This document shows, one piece after another, positions 24,610-38,000 of a stretch of DNA of 64,000 bases. This DNA is from Mizuhopecten yessoensis. Lineage: Eukaryota. How positions within the stretch are numbered: the first letter of the stretch is position 1; every line of letters begins with the position of its first letter. The translations under genes were made by a program, and so were the position numbers. Below the pieces are notes generated by a model, which worked only from the letters and a program-made list of their open reading frames with translations, made no database searches and was not told where the DNA came from. The stretch covers positions 417,199 through 481,198 of the forward strand of contig NW_018408080.1 in the NCBI RefSeq assembly GCF_002113885.1. The letters run 5' to 3'.

Positions 24610-26231
24610 GTCTTTGTCACAGAGTAAAGAATATCATTTTTATCAAGTTGATAGAGTTATTTAAAGATAGTTTTGGTCTCGAGCCATATTTAAATAAGTT
24701 AAACAGAAGGAATCGAATAGCAATGTGCAAATTTCGTTCTGCTAGCTCTCCTATACCGTTATAATCTCGGCGAAAGATAGGAACAACGCGTAATGAAATA
24801 ACATGTAGATTATGCAAAGAACATGTAGATTATGCAAAGAACATGAAACAGGAGAGAAGTTTCATTATTTGTTTAAATGTAAAGTGAAATTTATTTGTCA
24901 GATAAAGGAACAAATTGTCCCAAAATATTACTATGGCAATCCTGATGTCAATGAAATCACAGGAATGTTAATTATATTAAATGTCCGCTAAACAAAAAGG
25001 TTAGCCTTTTTTTCGGAAAAAATAGAAACAGTTCTAAAAACTCGTGAGGTGAAATATTATTTTTCTTTTTAGTAGTATTGCTGTTTACACTGATGTGACA
25101 TACTAAAAGTGTTGCCATGCATATTGTATACTGTGATAAAATGTTGATTGTGTCCATATTTGCACTATTTGTTCTGTTTATTTATTTTTACAACTTTTCA
25201 CAAAGTACAGTGTATCTGAGAGAAAATAAAAAGTTGAAAGATCTAGAATTCGATATGTCACAAAATTGTAATAGATAATAGCTTTCACCGCAAAGCTCAT
25301 ACATCTTGTAAAATATGAAGTTTCCGTATGTCGTTCTCAACATGCCCAAGAGATCCACTATATCTCGCATGCTTGATCATTCATGTAACAAGAATAAATA
25401 AAAGTGTTTATTAACTATTAACATTATTATGATTAATCATAACCTTGATGGAACATATAATCGTGCGAAATCACTGTGCCTGAATTGCAATTAACTTGTC
25501 TAGACCTCTCGGATCATAATCGGATAGCAAAAAAGCAGAGTAATAATACATACTTAAATCAGGTTGATTTTGCAACACAAATTGATGAATTGTCTGATGT
25601 TCAAATAATATACCTCTTTATGATTAAACCGATACATTATATATTACATATGATTTTATATCTTATCTTTCTTTAAATAATGAAAAATAGCTGATTAATT
25701 GTCTATATACTTAAACAGTGACGATTCTAATATGCAAAACGGAACACGTACTAATAAATTGTTAAAAATTAATTAACATGCATGGAACAATAACACGTTA
25801 CATTCTATAAAGTGACCCCGGTATGTTGACTAACGCCGTCGTTACGCCCTTGTGACGCCACGATGTTAACTTGCAATGTTTCCATTATTAGATGACATTA
25901 GTGATGACATTAGTGATTAGTGATGACATTAGTGATGTTCATGTATATCACATCTGGCAGTGGATATATTACATTATAAAGATGTCCTGTGAAATATTTC
26001 CAAAATTTCATTTAACACTTTATTTTATTGATTTCACTTTTTTTTCTCAGGTTGACATATCACCATGACCCATCTACGAGATGATAAAATCTTTACTGAA
26101 AAAACCCAAATCGCGAACTTACATGATTAAACATATGTCAATTTTGCCTGAGAAAAAGGTCACACACATTTCCTGTATGAAACAAGATATGCAATGGAAG
26201 GATGGTAAAAGGAGGTATAATGACTGGTATC

Positions 26232-26535
26232 CAAAGTGGTGACAGGAAACAACATGACAAACAACAAAAGTAGTGACAGAAGACTATATGATGGGAGCAA
26301 CAAGTGGTAACAAGATACTACATGACGAACAACAAAAGTAGTGACGGAAGACTAGATGACGGCGCCACAAGTGGTGACAGGAAACAACATGACGAGCAAC
26401 AAAAGTAGTGATAGAAGACTATATGACGGGAGCAACAAGTGGTAACAAGATACTACATGTCAATCGCCACAAGTGGTAACAGGAGAGAACATGACGGCGC
26501 CACAAGTGGTGACAGGAAACAACATAACGGGCGCT
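26232..26535. repeat. ~33-35-bp minisatellite, ~9 units, with ~135-bp higher-order repeat
   Basis: Units are of the form ATGACGGCGCCACAAGTGGTGACAGGAAACAAC. The variant order A-B-C-D-A-B-C is visible. Confidence 0.85.
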
Positions 26536-29500
26536 CCGTTTGATACAGAAAAAGTTCACTCTTCCATAGAATATGTCTTCGTAATTCTATTCTTCTTTTG
26601 GGGGTCTTTCCATGGGTATTTTTCTATCAATTTCTATTTCCGATTTTAACCTTCGTATCTATCAACGAAGTCATATTAAATTAGCCAAGTATCTAGTGCG
26701 TTAATAGATAAGCTTGTGATATGTATATTGTTATGTTATTCGCTCCCCCTACCCTGGCCAACGCATTCGCACGTATTCACTAAAATTGGATTCTCAATTT
26801 GAGGATGTGACATTTTGTTTTAATCTGACCTCAATTTACACGACTAGTGTCTTCGATGACGGCAAAGGCGCTTTCCACTCCGAAACACATGGTCTCGTTC
26901 TCATTGTTGTTCAAGGGTCTCCATGTAAATAATCATCATATTTTTGTTCATATTTTGTCGAGTTTACCTCGATATTTAGTTGAAATTACGGTTAAACTAC
27001 CAACAATTTTATATTTGGAAAGCTTTATTTGTTTGTGATTTCAAATATATGTTTAAGAAGCGATTACACATATGCTATTTTTTAAGCAAGAAATGGAAAC
27101 CGGCGCAAGTAATTGATTTATACACGTTTACAAAGATGAAAGTGGCTGCAAGATTTAAATTATAAACAGAAGTCTAGATATATTTGATATTAAAACAATT
27201 GCAAATTAAAGTTGATACACAATAGGAAAAAGTGCATAACAAGTTATTAACAAGAGTGAAGGTTCAAATGAATGAAAGAATGAATGAATGAATGCAGGCA
27301 CGGATGCACTAAATACTTAAAACTGTTGGCGGTTGTCCACAGAACGAGAATGAATGTAAATGTGATCACAACCGTTAATGTCAGTGTACAGTGTAACGCT
27401 GCGTCTGTGTGATGTCACGTACTATTAGGTTTGTGTCAGTACAGTTCCAGTTTTATTTCAACCCCCGCCCACCTCCCACTCCTATATCAAAACGAGGATG
27501 TTACCCAAGACAGGTTTGACGTAAATGACTTGGATAAAAACACAATGATATGCCTGTTGCTATATCGGAAAGGAATAACTCTCAGCTTGATAAAGATTGG
27601 CTTTGACAAATATTATTTTTTATATATTTAACATAAAAATATGCCTAGACAAGAGATTATGTTGGCCGTTTATAGCCCAGAACACAAATCTGCAAACAAA
27701 GAATAGGTTTTGTTTTGAAGAATAATTTTATATTTATGTTACAAAAAGTAAGAAAAGTCTTGATATCTATTGCAAATACAGTTCTTTTTGTTAATATTTA
27801 TTTTAATGGCAATATTCAAACGATATAGACAAAGTCGCATAAGGGCAAAATATACATTTTCGGAAAAAGAGATATTTAAGAACCAAATTATCATTATATT
27901 TCAAAATTTGCGATTGACACATCTGTTAAATGCAAAGCTTGCAGCAAAATAGAAATAACTTATTTTAAAGATGATAGCTTTAAAATGTTTCGATTAATAG
28001 TTTTGCATTTGTAATTTGTAATAACCTTATATTTCCTGCATTTAGGCCACAAATATGTGAAAATTCACCGCCATGAATAAACATGACATCATGCTCGTGA
28101 CACGTTCTGATTGAACTTCGGATTTAAATTGTGAAAATGAATATAATAAGACAATGCTATTGTTTAAATTTAGAGGAATCATTGTACTGTTGTATAATCA
28201 TGAAACAACGCGGTATGTATTATTCCACTACAATTGGCGAGTGTTTCTAGTGTGTTTTTGGCACCTTGTATATATTTCCAAATATTAAAGGTACAATCAC
28301 CTGTGTGTGTTACGTTCGTATTTCAATATAAAGAGTAAGAATAACTATCTATTTAGGAGATTTTAGTTCTAGGAAAAAGAACAACTAAGCACAAATGTCA
28401 AAATTCTATTCATTATTATTTATCTGTTAGATGTGTTAAAAAAAATCATTGCTCAAATGCAAGAGCAAAGATGCTGGCTAAGAATTATTCTGATTATGGA
28501 GGGGTTAGTGATAACCTGGTGATTGTTCTTATGAATCAACAAGACTTATTTCTAGGAAAACAAAGTAAGAAAGTCACTACAATTTCCAAACATTTTTTTT
28601 TTACTTTGATGATGTAAGAAGCAAAACAAATAAAAGAATCACCGCATCACTTCGCCATTTTTGCATTAGATCAATTTGGAACGCATAAGGTATTTGAGTA
28701 AAAGAAAGAAAAGTGAAAATCCATGTTTAAAGTGTTCAAAAACACATGCATAGTAAGTTAAGGATATTTTTGTCAAAAATATACGATAGCTTTTACACAT
28801 CGTGGCAAACTATATACCACAGTGTTTTCGAACGATTCAATATATCCTACAGCTTATATGTACTTTATAATGACATGACGAACCACAGCGTTAGCAAAGA
28901 TATACCGCAGGTTAAAAATGTGATATACCACAAGGCGAGAAATGTCACAGCGACAAACCAGTTCTCAAGATATTAACAAGGAAATACATCAGGAATGCTA
29001 ACAAAACCGGGAGACGGAATATGCTTGGTGTACCACAAACAAGAACCAGATAGACAACAAAGCCAACAGAAAACGACAATATATAATAGAGCGCAAGCAC
29101 ACGAAGGCAACAAATACCACAGCGTCAACATACAAACACAACAATATACCCGAGCGATACAATTAAATGGAATATGTTTCTCAGGAAGAGAAGTAGACGA
29201 TTCCTGCCCCCTATGGAACACTGGTCATCATGCCATCCGAAACTCCAGGAGATCATTAATGATCACAGTACGCAACTCTGCAATTATGGTAAATAGGGGA
29301 TGTTTAATAGTTTCCCGTTGAAAACCACATAAATGTCAGGAGCATGATACCTTTTTTATATTGTTTACAAGTGCTCTGCAAGAATGAAAATATCGGTATA
29401 TTAGAGTGCAATTTGGCGAAATGTCTTTATTAAGTTTGACAGGTGATTTTACTTATTCGGCACAATGTGGCTAAGTGAATTGTTTTTAGCGGTTAAGAGT

Positions 29501-29644
29501 CGGGACACCGGCCATTAAACCCTTTGCTTGACAAAGGAAACTAGAAAACAGACGTTTTTGAAAGCTCGTTAAATAAGTTTTCAATTCCTATATGTGTTTA
29601 AAAAAAACTTACCTTTACTGATATGAGACAGTTTAACAAAACCA

Positions 29645-29720
29645 GTGTCACATATCGGTAACAGAAGCAGGAAAAATGCACGGGCTGACCGAGGTTCGAA
29701 CCCGAGACCCTCCGAATAGG
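29645..29720 (-). mobile_element. tRNA-related repeat fragment (B-box followed by T-run)
   Basis: Minus strand GGAGGGTCTCGGGTTCGAACCTCGGTCAGCCCGTGCATTTTT. The 5' half of a tRNA is missing. Confidence 0.45.
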
Positions 29721-32605
29721 ATATTGAGGAACGAAAAAACTATCAAACACGGGAGGCTGGTATGTTTCTGCTAGGAAAAGGAATGATTACTAATCTGAAT
29801 AATGTAATTCTGTTTGTCATGCTGTCATTCTTTCTTTCCATACAATATATCGCTTTGATTTGAAGTACTGTCAGGTTTTTTGTATGTGAATATTTACTAG
29901 TGAGGTGACAGTTATTGTCCTAGTCAGGTTGTTTAATAAAATTATTTGAAGAAAACGAATCTGTGGTATCTTTAATTTAACGTTCCGCGTATTATTGACA
30001 CCACAACATTTGAATGTTTTGAAAAAATCATTAATCATTGAGATAAGATATAATAAATTGAATTCTCATGCAAACTAAATTATGTCAAACAATTAAATAT
30101 TTATGACTGAAACAATGTTCAGTGAGAGACTGTAAGATTAAAGAGCCACTGCTGTTTATTAATTAGGCGCAACGTAAGACGTACGACTATGCGACAGGCG
30201 AGCTGACATATTCAACGAATGTGTGGTGGAAGATCACAAACATATTACAAAGGTTTTATAACAACGTTAAAAATGGTGTGTACTATGTTAAGTCAATTAC
30301 CATAGGTGAAATTGATCTACAGAGCTGGTTAATTAATAAAACATATTAGGGGACTTGTCACTTGTCAATCAAACAGGACGAGGAGCGTTTGTCTGTGTGT
30401 TACTGGTACACAGATGTCAGGGTCTTTCGTGTCTTAATATTAGTTCAACTGCCATCACTAGCCAGGGGAATATTTCCGGGACGACGACCTGCACCTACAT
30501 GGTGAGTACATGCTCTTTTTGTCTTTAACTAAATATTTATTGTTCCTAACATTTTAACTTCCTAACTATGTACACGAGATAATATTGATAATTTAACAAT
30601 ATCAATACAATGTAAGGTATCATACGAGTCAATTATAACGCTAACCTATAGCCCTTGTCAATGATGATAATGTTACAATAGGGAAACATGACTATCATAT
30701 TGTTTAATATACACACTTTACTCTTTATTATTAATTTAAATAACGAATAAATTAATTATTATTATTTAAATTATTGAAATTAAATATAACTCCTTTCATT
30801 TAATCATTTATAGAAATGAGGAGTTTTACACACTAATACTTGTGATTCAACCTTAGCTAAGACAAATTTGGCTATATGATGCATATATAGTGCCGTTTAT
30901 TTTTGGTATGCCGTGTCTATTATCGTATACTCACCTGCGTTTTAGGTTCCTCCTTAAGTCGTACCATACATGTTTATATACTGCTCTTAATACAGCTTCT
31001 ATATAACAGTTCCTAAAGAAACTTTGATATATCTTTGTAAACGAAGCAAACGTTTCCCATTTGATGTTCTAGAAGAGATGCATTGTTCTGTTCAGTTGGA
31101 TTGGAAGGTTTGTGGATAATTCAATTGTATTGCTAATCATGTGCTCTTAAAACCCTTAAGGACCCATAATGGAATAGTAAAAGTCCATCAGAACAAGAGG
31201 TTTGATATATATTTTTTTCCATTTCTAGTTTGCTTATAAGGGATTCGACACATAGGTGATAGTGAAATGCGATTATCTCTTTCAAAAATGTTTAAGTGAT
31301 GAACACAGAATTTTTGTTTTTAAACACTATGTGAATACATATAAAAACAGTTTAATTTTAAGTATTTTTTCTATATATAAGCTGTGTATGGACTTCAGAT
31401 CGCTATTATCCGAAGATAAAAGTGTTAAATGTCATTTAATGACCGCTGTCTTGTGAACCATAACAATTGATACCAGATGTGTTATCAAACACAGATGTAT
31501 TTTACGTCCTGATAGGGATATGTAACATATGTACATAAACAATATTTATTGAATCATGATATACATTCTGAATTATGCTTTCACACAATTATGCAGTAAT
31601 GTATGAAAAGAGAACGTCTGCAGACACATGAATTGAAGATTTGTGGCAGAGAATATATTTTGTATAAAACCCACTAGTCTCATTCGTAACTTTCCAAATT
31701 CAAGAGTATTGTTGATGAGAATATGTCTGTATTTTTGGGGTATTTATTATGTATTTTTTTATTAAGGATATAAAATGTGCAATGTTTGTTGAAAATATCG
31801 CAAATAATATGTGTTGTTCATACCGGTAAGAATCATACGAACTAAAATTGTAACCTTCCGTCTTAACCATAGGTTTCATAATTTCTTTCGATTTCTTTTG
31901 CAAATAAAGGATTGGACGCAATCAATACCTATTAAACGCTGCAGTTCAATATGGAACAAACGCTGAAGCAAATTATTTTAGATTCTGTCAGATCTGTTTG
32001 TGTACTTCGTCAAATACTTGTCATAGTCCTACCAGCTGTGACCTTGGTGTGACCTCTGTCTTGTGAACCATAACAAGCATCAAGGTTAAAAGCTAAGAAT
32101 TGATAAGCACCATCTATCACTCATATAAAGATCAATTTAAATTCCTTATGGATACTTCCGAGGTGTATGACAATAAAATAAAACAGGAAAAAGTTCTAAC
32201 AATTCCGGATTGAATAAAACTATACAAGCATATTGTTATGAAAATGCACTTGTAGAGTGGTCTAGCCGACTTCTATGTATGCTCGGTGAGCAGGTCGACT
32301 CGGCCGAAGGTGATGAGCTGTCGTGCGTGACAAGATCGAGTGTAGTCTACACTTAATTGGTCAAGCCGCTATACGGACGTTTTTCGCGTACTGTTGGTCT
32401 GATCGTAGATTAAACTCGCCGTTGCAGGCTAACCTCATAATAAGCATTCATATTACTTGTAGCTTCTTACTACAATATTTTGCAAAATCGAATTGCTAAG
32501 TTGAGCAGGCTTGTCATTGTTTAAAAACGAGTTTATTTAACTTGGCCCAGATATTAAGATATTTCGAACTCTGAGACTCCATTGTCTACTACGACTTATA
32601 CTATA

Positions 32606-33380
32606 GTGTTTAGTCTGCATTAAACCCAACAGCACACACAGGTTATACTCTGCTATGTTTTTTGTCGATAAAATAACAAACACTTAAATTGTCGAAAATG
32701 AGCATTTATTCTAAATGCCAGAAATCGAACATATGTATACATATTTGTGTTGATTTTTATAATAAGGTGTACAAAGAACAAAAAAAGATGGGGCTTGCTT
32801 CAAAATAAACGCACCATTTGTAATTAAAAGATGTACAACAAATGAAACAAAATTTAAAACAAAGATGTGCAACAATTACATTGTTACACAATAGTATATA
32901 AAGGTGGATACAAATTAGGGGAGGAGGAGGGTAGCTGATTTTTAAGGAGATTTTTCAAAATGTCAGCATGGACAAATATTCTGCACAGGTCACGTGACTT
33001 TAGTACACCAAAACATCACGTGACTATTTCTATAGGGATGGACTAGTTTCAAAAACGGAAAGTTATCCTCCATCCGGAACCCACAAAATATAACAAATAA
33101 AAATATCATATACATTGTACTAACCAGATAATATAAATTACTTTATGCATTGCATAAATACAATTATATTATCGTGTTTAGTCTGCATTAAACCCAACAG
33201 CACACACAGGTTATACTCTGCTATGTTTTTTGTCGATAAAATAACAAATACTTAAATTGTCGAAAATGAGCATTTATTCTAAATGCCAGAAATCGAACAT
33301 ATGTATGCATCTTTGTGTCGATTTTTATAATATGGTGTACAAAGAACCAAAAAAGATGGGGCTTGCTTCAAAATAAACGC
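32606..33380. repeat. 207-bp direct repeat pair (32606-32812 and 33174-33380)
   Basis: Both copies run GTGTTTAGTCTGCATTAAACCC...CTTCAAAATAAACGC with a handful of substitutions. Offset 568 bp. Confidence 0.9.
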
Positions 33381-33399
33381 CACAAACTTGAACTTAAAT

Positions 33400-33800
33400 A
33401 TAACCATATTTCTGTTCACGTGCCCCACTGGGATACCCCTGCCATTAGCTAACCTCGCCTCTTAACTTTACTCATTATCAATTTCAGGTTCACCAGTTTT
33501 AAACTTCGTATAATAACAGATGTTTGCGTATCCCTTCTGTTCCGTTAGTTATTTGGTCCAAATTGGATTTCCATCCTTTTGGCCCTTAGCCTCACCGATG
33601 ACTCCTAGAATATTAAAACAGCTGTATGATGGAGTGGAATTAATTTTAGGGATACTGTCTCTATTACCAAAGTCTATAGATTCATCCATCGTAGAAGACG
33701 GACACACATCAGATTATTTCCCAAAGTACAACTTGTGATGCAGGAATTATTAAACATTACTGAATACGTAGTTGCACTTTCATATATTTTCGTAATGACT
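33400..33800 (-). mobile_element. Highly decayed LINE (L2/CR1-group) ORF2 fragment
   Basis: Minus-strand peptide KHLLLYTKFKTGEPE...RLANGRG resembles the KLxxYxxFKxxxxxE...RxxLAxxRxG LINE tail motif. Many stops. Confidence 0.35.
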
Positions 33801-34472
33801 TGTCTCTTTCATTTTCTTCGATGTCTGTTTGGAGGGACGCTGACCTCCCTTGGTCAGTTCATTATTTGTTCATGGCTAAACTGCTTGACCAAAGGTAGCT
33901 GACCTTGACATGCCTTGTGATAAGTTAAAGCCAATCAGCGATCTAATTAAAATTAGACTTGAAAGTCCTTACCTAATAATAACCTTACTGTTACGTGTTT
34001 ATAGCGAGATGGAACATGTGGAACCGTTTTGTTTTATAATAAAACATACAAACGTCATACACGTGCTGTTACACGTGCTTACACTAATTAAACCCATACA
34101 CAATTAACTTTATAGTACGTAATGACTTAACACGCTATAGACAATGTACTACAGTGTATTTCCATAAAATTATACCACTGGCACGCATATTTATATATAA
34201 TTAAACTGAAGCATACCATAATTCTTACTCATGACAAATATATTTTATTTTTATATTTACAGACTTACTCTTGCAAAACTTAATAAACAAATGACTGTTT
34301 ACAACTCAAGTTTATTGTTAATATTTAACCACAGATGTGAATAACATGTATACACACGTATTATGCTTGATTTGATGACGTCTTTAGGTAGTTTCATGCT
34401 GTATATCATCCCAAGTGCGACAAAGACGTCATGTGACTTAGGGTTACGAAAATGAGACATAAGCTCCCTAAA

Positions 34473-34506
<34 letters not shown>

Positions 34507-35062
34507 ACAATAAAACAATCTGGTTTTGTGAATATGCTATCTTATCTGGTTATAGAGACACACAGTTGTATCACGGCAAAAGTGTTCGTTGACATGGCAA
34601 AATTGTTAACTATGAAACAGTTGGAAAACAAATAAAGCTAGAAAAAGCGTAAACATATCAAAACAAATTTTAATTCCATTCATCTCCTTCTCATTCATTC
34701 ATCTAACAAACAACAAGAGAATATCGATGTCCACTAAACAACAATTTGAACTCAAAATCGAGTAAAAAATGTTGAAATATAAACAAAGGAAGGATTTACA
34801 TGGAACGCCTAGAAAAATACAAGGAGAATGATAACACCAGGTGTTCCGGAAGGGTAAGCGTCTTCTGCTTCATCGACGTGATCCGCCATGTAAATATAGG
34901 TCAAACCAAAGTGTTGTCACATCATCATATGGAAAACGCGGCTAACATAGGCTATCATTTCAAAGATAGAAATGATATTTAAAGAAAAAAAATGAATTAG
35001 TTCTCTAAATTAAATAACCTTATTTCAACTTTCATCTTGTTTTCTTTCCATTCACGGCAGGA

Positions 35063-38000
35063 ATGATGACGACGGTAATTTTGTGCGTGTCCTTGACCCT
35101 GGCTGGCCTTTTTAGTTGTTCTCTCTCATCGCACGTGCCCACCAGTGTAGACCTCGTATCGAACCTTATCAAGATCTGTGTTGAAACAGCAGTTGAACAG
35201 ATAAACTCCGAACTGACGGTCAACCACGGTGGTCATTCAGCCGGACAACACTCTTCACATGGACAACACTCTTCACATGGAAAACACTCTTCACATGGAC
35301 ACCAAGCCCAAGTTATGCACGCGCCTGGCAACAAAGCACACAGTGGACACTCCAAAGGTTAGAGAGTTCCATGTATAAGATCGAAAGCACTCCAAAATGT
35401 TCAGTATACATTAATTACTTTATTCGTTGGGTTAAACACCAAACTGGAAATATATTAACACGTGGTCGGCCTAAGTGTTTTATTTCCTCGTTTGTTGGAA
35501 TTCGCTTACGGCATGACGCATATGCTCTCTGTCTCGACTTAATAAACGTTTTATCAGTGCCTTCTCACTTCGTCTTTTTAAGTGATTATCATACTTTCTT
35601 TCTTTCAAGAAAATCAGATAGGACCGTCGATGGAATAGGATTAGTTTTATTTTCGACTTTCGAGAGAGAAAAAGAAAAGAAAAAAAGGAGTTCTTTAAAT
35701 GTTTAAATACAAGTGTTTATCTTCACATCCTTGTAGGTCACGGTCACATGGATCACAACGAAGGTGGTCACTCGCATGCGCACGTGCGAATTCTAGATAG
35801 GAATGCTCGTGTCATAAGACGAGTGCAGGAAAACTTCAGAAAATTGTAAGTGTATTAGTAAGACAACACAGTGAAAATGTAATGCAACATTGAAAAGGAT
35901 ATCGCTGTCGTAATAGCGATGTTAATTGTAAGCTTCCAAATGGCGTTGCAATGTGAAGGATATTTGTCTTAATGAATTGCTTACGTTTAGGCACGAGTGC
36001 ATACCATTGGGAGTTATATGAATTCGATACGAATGTTTTATAGGTAATGGATTCTGCAAAAATAATTCCCATTTTTGATGAATGATTAATAAAATATTTT
36101 ATTGAATTGATCGTTTAGGACCGGAGCCTGGCCGGAAGCCATCATGAAAGACGAGATGTTGAAGAAGGAATGGCGAAAGCAAGTGAAGCCACATTGTGAT
36201 TTCATGGCGCCAAGTTTCACGTGTGACGCTTCGGCTCGGTACAGGACCGCAGACGGAACGTGTAATAACATGGCCCATCCTTTATGGGGTAGTACCATGA
36301 CGCCACAAACTCGGTTTCTGCCACCGAAATACGAAGACGGTAAGTGATATGTGTTAAAAATGAAAGCAAACTCGTCATGATAGTAAATTGGAAGTCTTTA
36401 CGCGCAATAAACCATGGGGAGAAATGAGAACTAGGCATATTGGATATTGTCGGTAATATCGGAACAAATACGTCGTTTTAAATATAGCCGTGAAAATGTG
36501 TTTGATTCAGAGAAAGGTAAAATAGACAAATGGTTAATATATATACAATAGATAGCCATTTACACTTTCTTAGTCTACAGATGATCAGTGTTTAAATTCG
36601 AATAGCACCAGAAAACGAATTCAAACTCAAATGTTAGTGTTGTGATAGCGTTTTTAAAAAATGGCGCGACGTGCGACGACTATACATTCTGTTTTGGACT
36701 ATAGGAATGAATTCACAACATAGAAATACTTTTTGTCATATAAATTTTAAAGGTTATCATAAAATGTTAATATGCTGACAAAAAAATATTCATTTGACGT
36801 GTAAGATACTGCAAAATGCAAGCCTTGATCCGATTGGGGTCCTGGTAATGATGGTTTGGTGATCCGATTTGGGTCACCTTACTTAACAGCTACCAAAATA
36901 GCCCCTACCGGACATCTTTTCGGCAACATTTCGGACAATACACAACCATATTTATAATTAGCACCCTAGTGGCCCCCTCATTGGCTGTTTCGTTAAATTT
37001 GCTGTCAATTAAGTAGGCTATTTTATCCTGTGAATGATTGGCACACCTCGGACGCTTGTGTGTGTCGGACGCCATCTTTGTTGCTATGAAGAGAGATTCT
37101 AGTTTGATTTATCTCCCCTCGCACGTGCTTTTATAGACCCCGGCAGAGCGGGGTATATAGAAATATAGACCCCGGCAAGATATCTTATCAGATAGAGTGT
37201 TACAAGTTAGAAGGGTGACACAATTAAACATGTTAAAAAATAGGGATTCACTTCGTACATTATTACACGTTCATATTTTAGCGGTATTCTAGATTTAAGA
37301 GTCTTTGTATTGCGCTTATTGAAGGTTCTGTATACATTTTATTGCATATATCATGAGAGCGCCAATTCATCAATGACATAGTTTGTTAAAATTAGATAAT
37401 AACCTTGAATTTTAGACCGCTAAAGGATCACTTTTATAGTGTATATTTCTTACTCTGATTTGCAGAAATCAACGCACCACGGACAAAATCGATCAACGGG
37501 AAACCACTGCCGAGTGCTCGACTGATTAGTAACGTTGTCCATAGCAACACAGGTCATAGTCCAGTGTACAGTAAAAAGAGCACTAATATGTTCATGGCGT
37601 ACGGTCAGTTCCTGGACCACGATATACTCCATACACCTGTCCTGAAAGGTAAATTTACACGCCGACATGTATTACTCCGAATTCAGACTAGTCACATTTT
37701 TTAAGAGTCCCTGTTCCGCTCCTCTGTGATTTTTTTTCCATAATCATATACAATACTGTGACCTCTCCTTAATTTCGTAGTACCATCTATGCTGACCAGG
37801 TTTGGTTGTGGTGTGGTTTTAATTTGTCCCTTTAACAGCTAATGTCATTTAAGAACGTACCTCCGTGTGTGGTATGTATGCGTGCGTGCGTGTGTGTGTA
37901 TGTGTATGTGCTGGAGACAGGGTATGTTGGTGAACTTGCCTACTTATTATTGAGTGGATCTGATGACAACTTTATAGTGTTATCTTACTGAAATGCATGT

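Noticed and set aside
26051-26160. Exon after a strong polypyrimidine acceptor
   Set aside because: All three frames close quickly and no partner exons were found.
28995-29321. 108-aa ORF
   Set aside because: Lies in degenerate repeat sequence overlapping a copy of the dispersed terminal motif, with no domain features or splice support.
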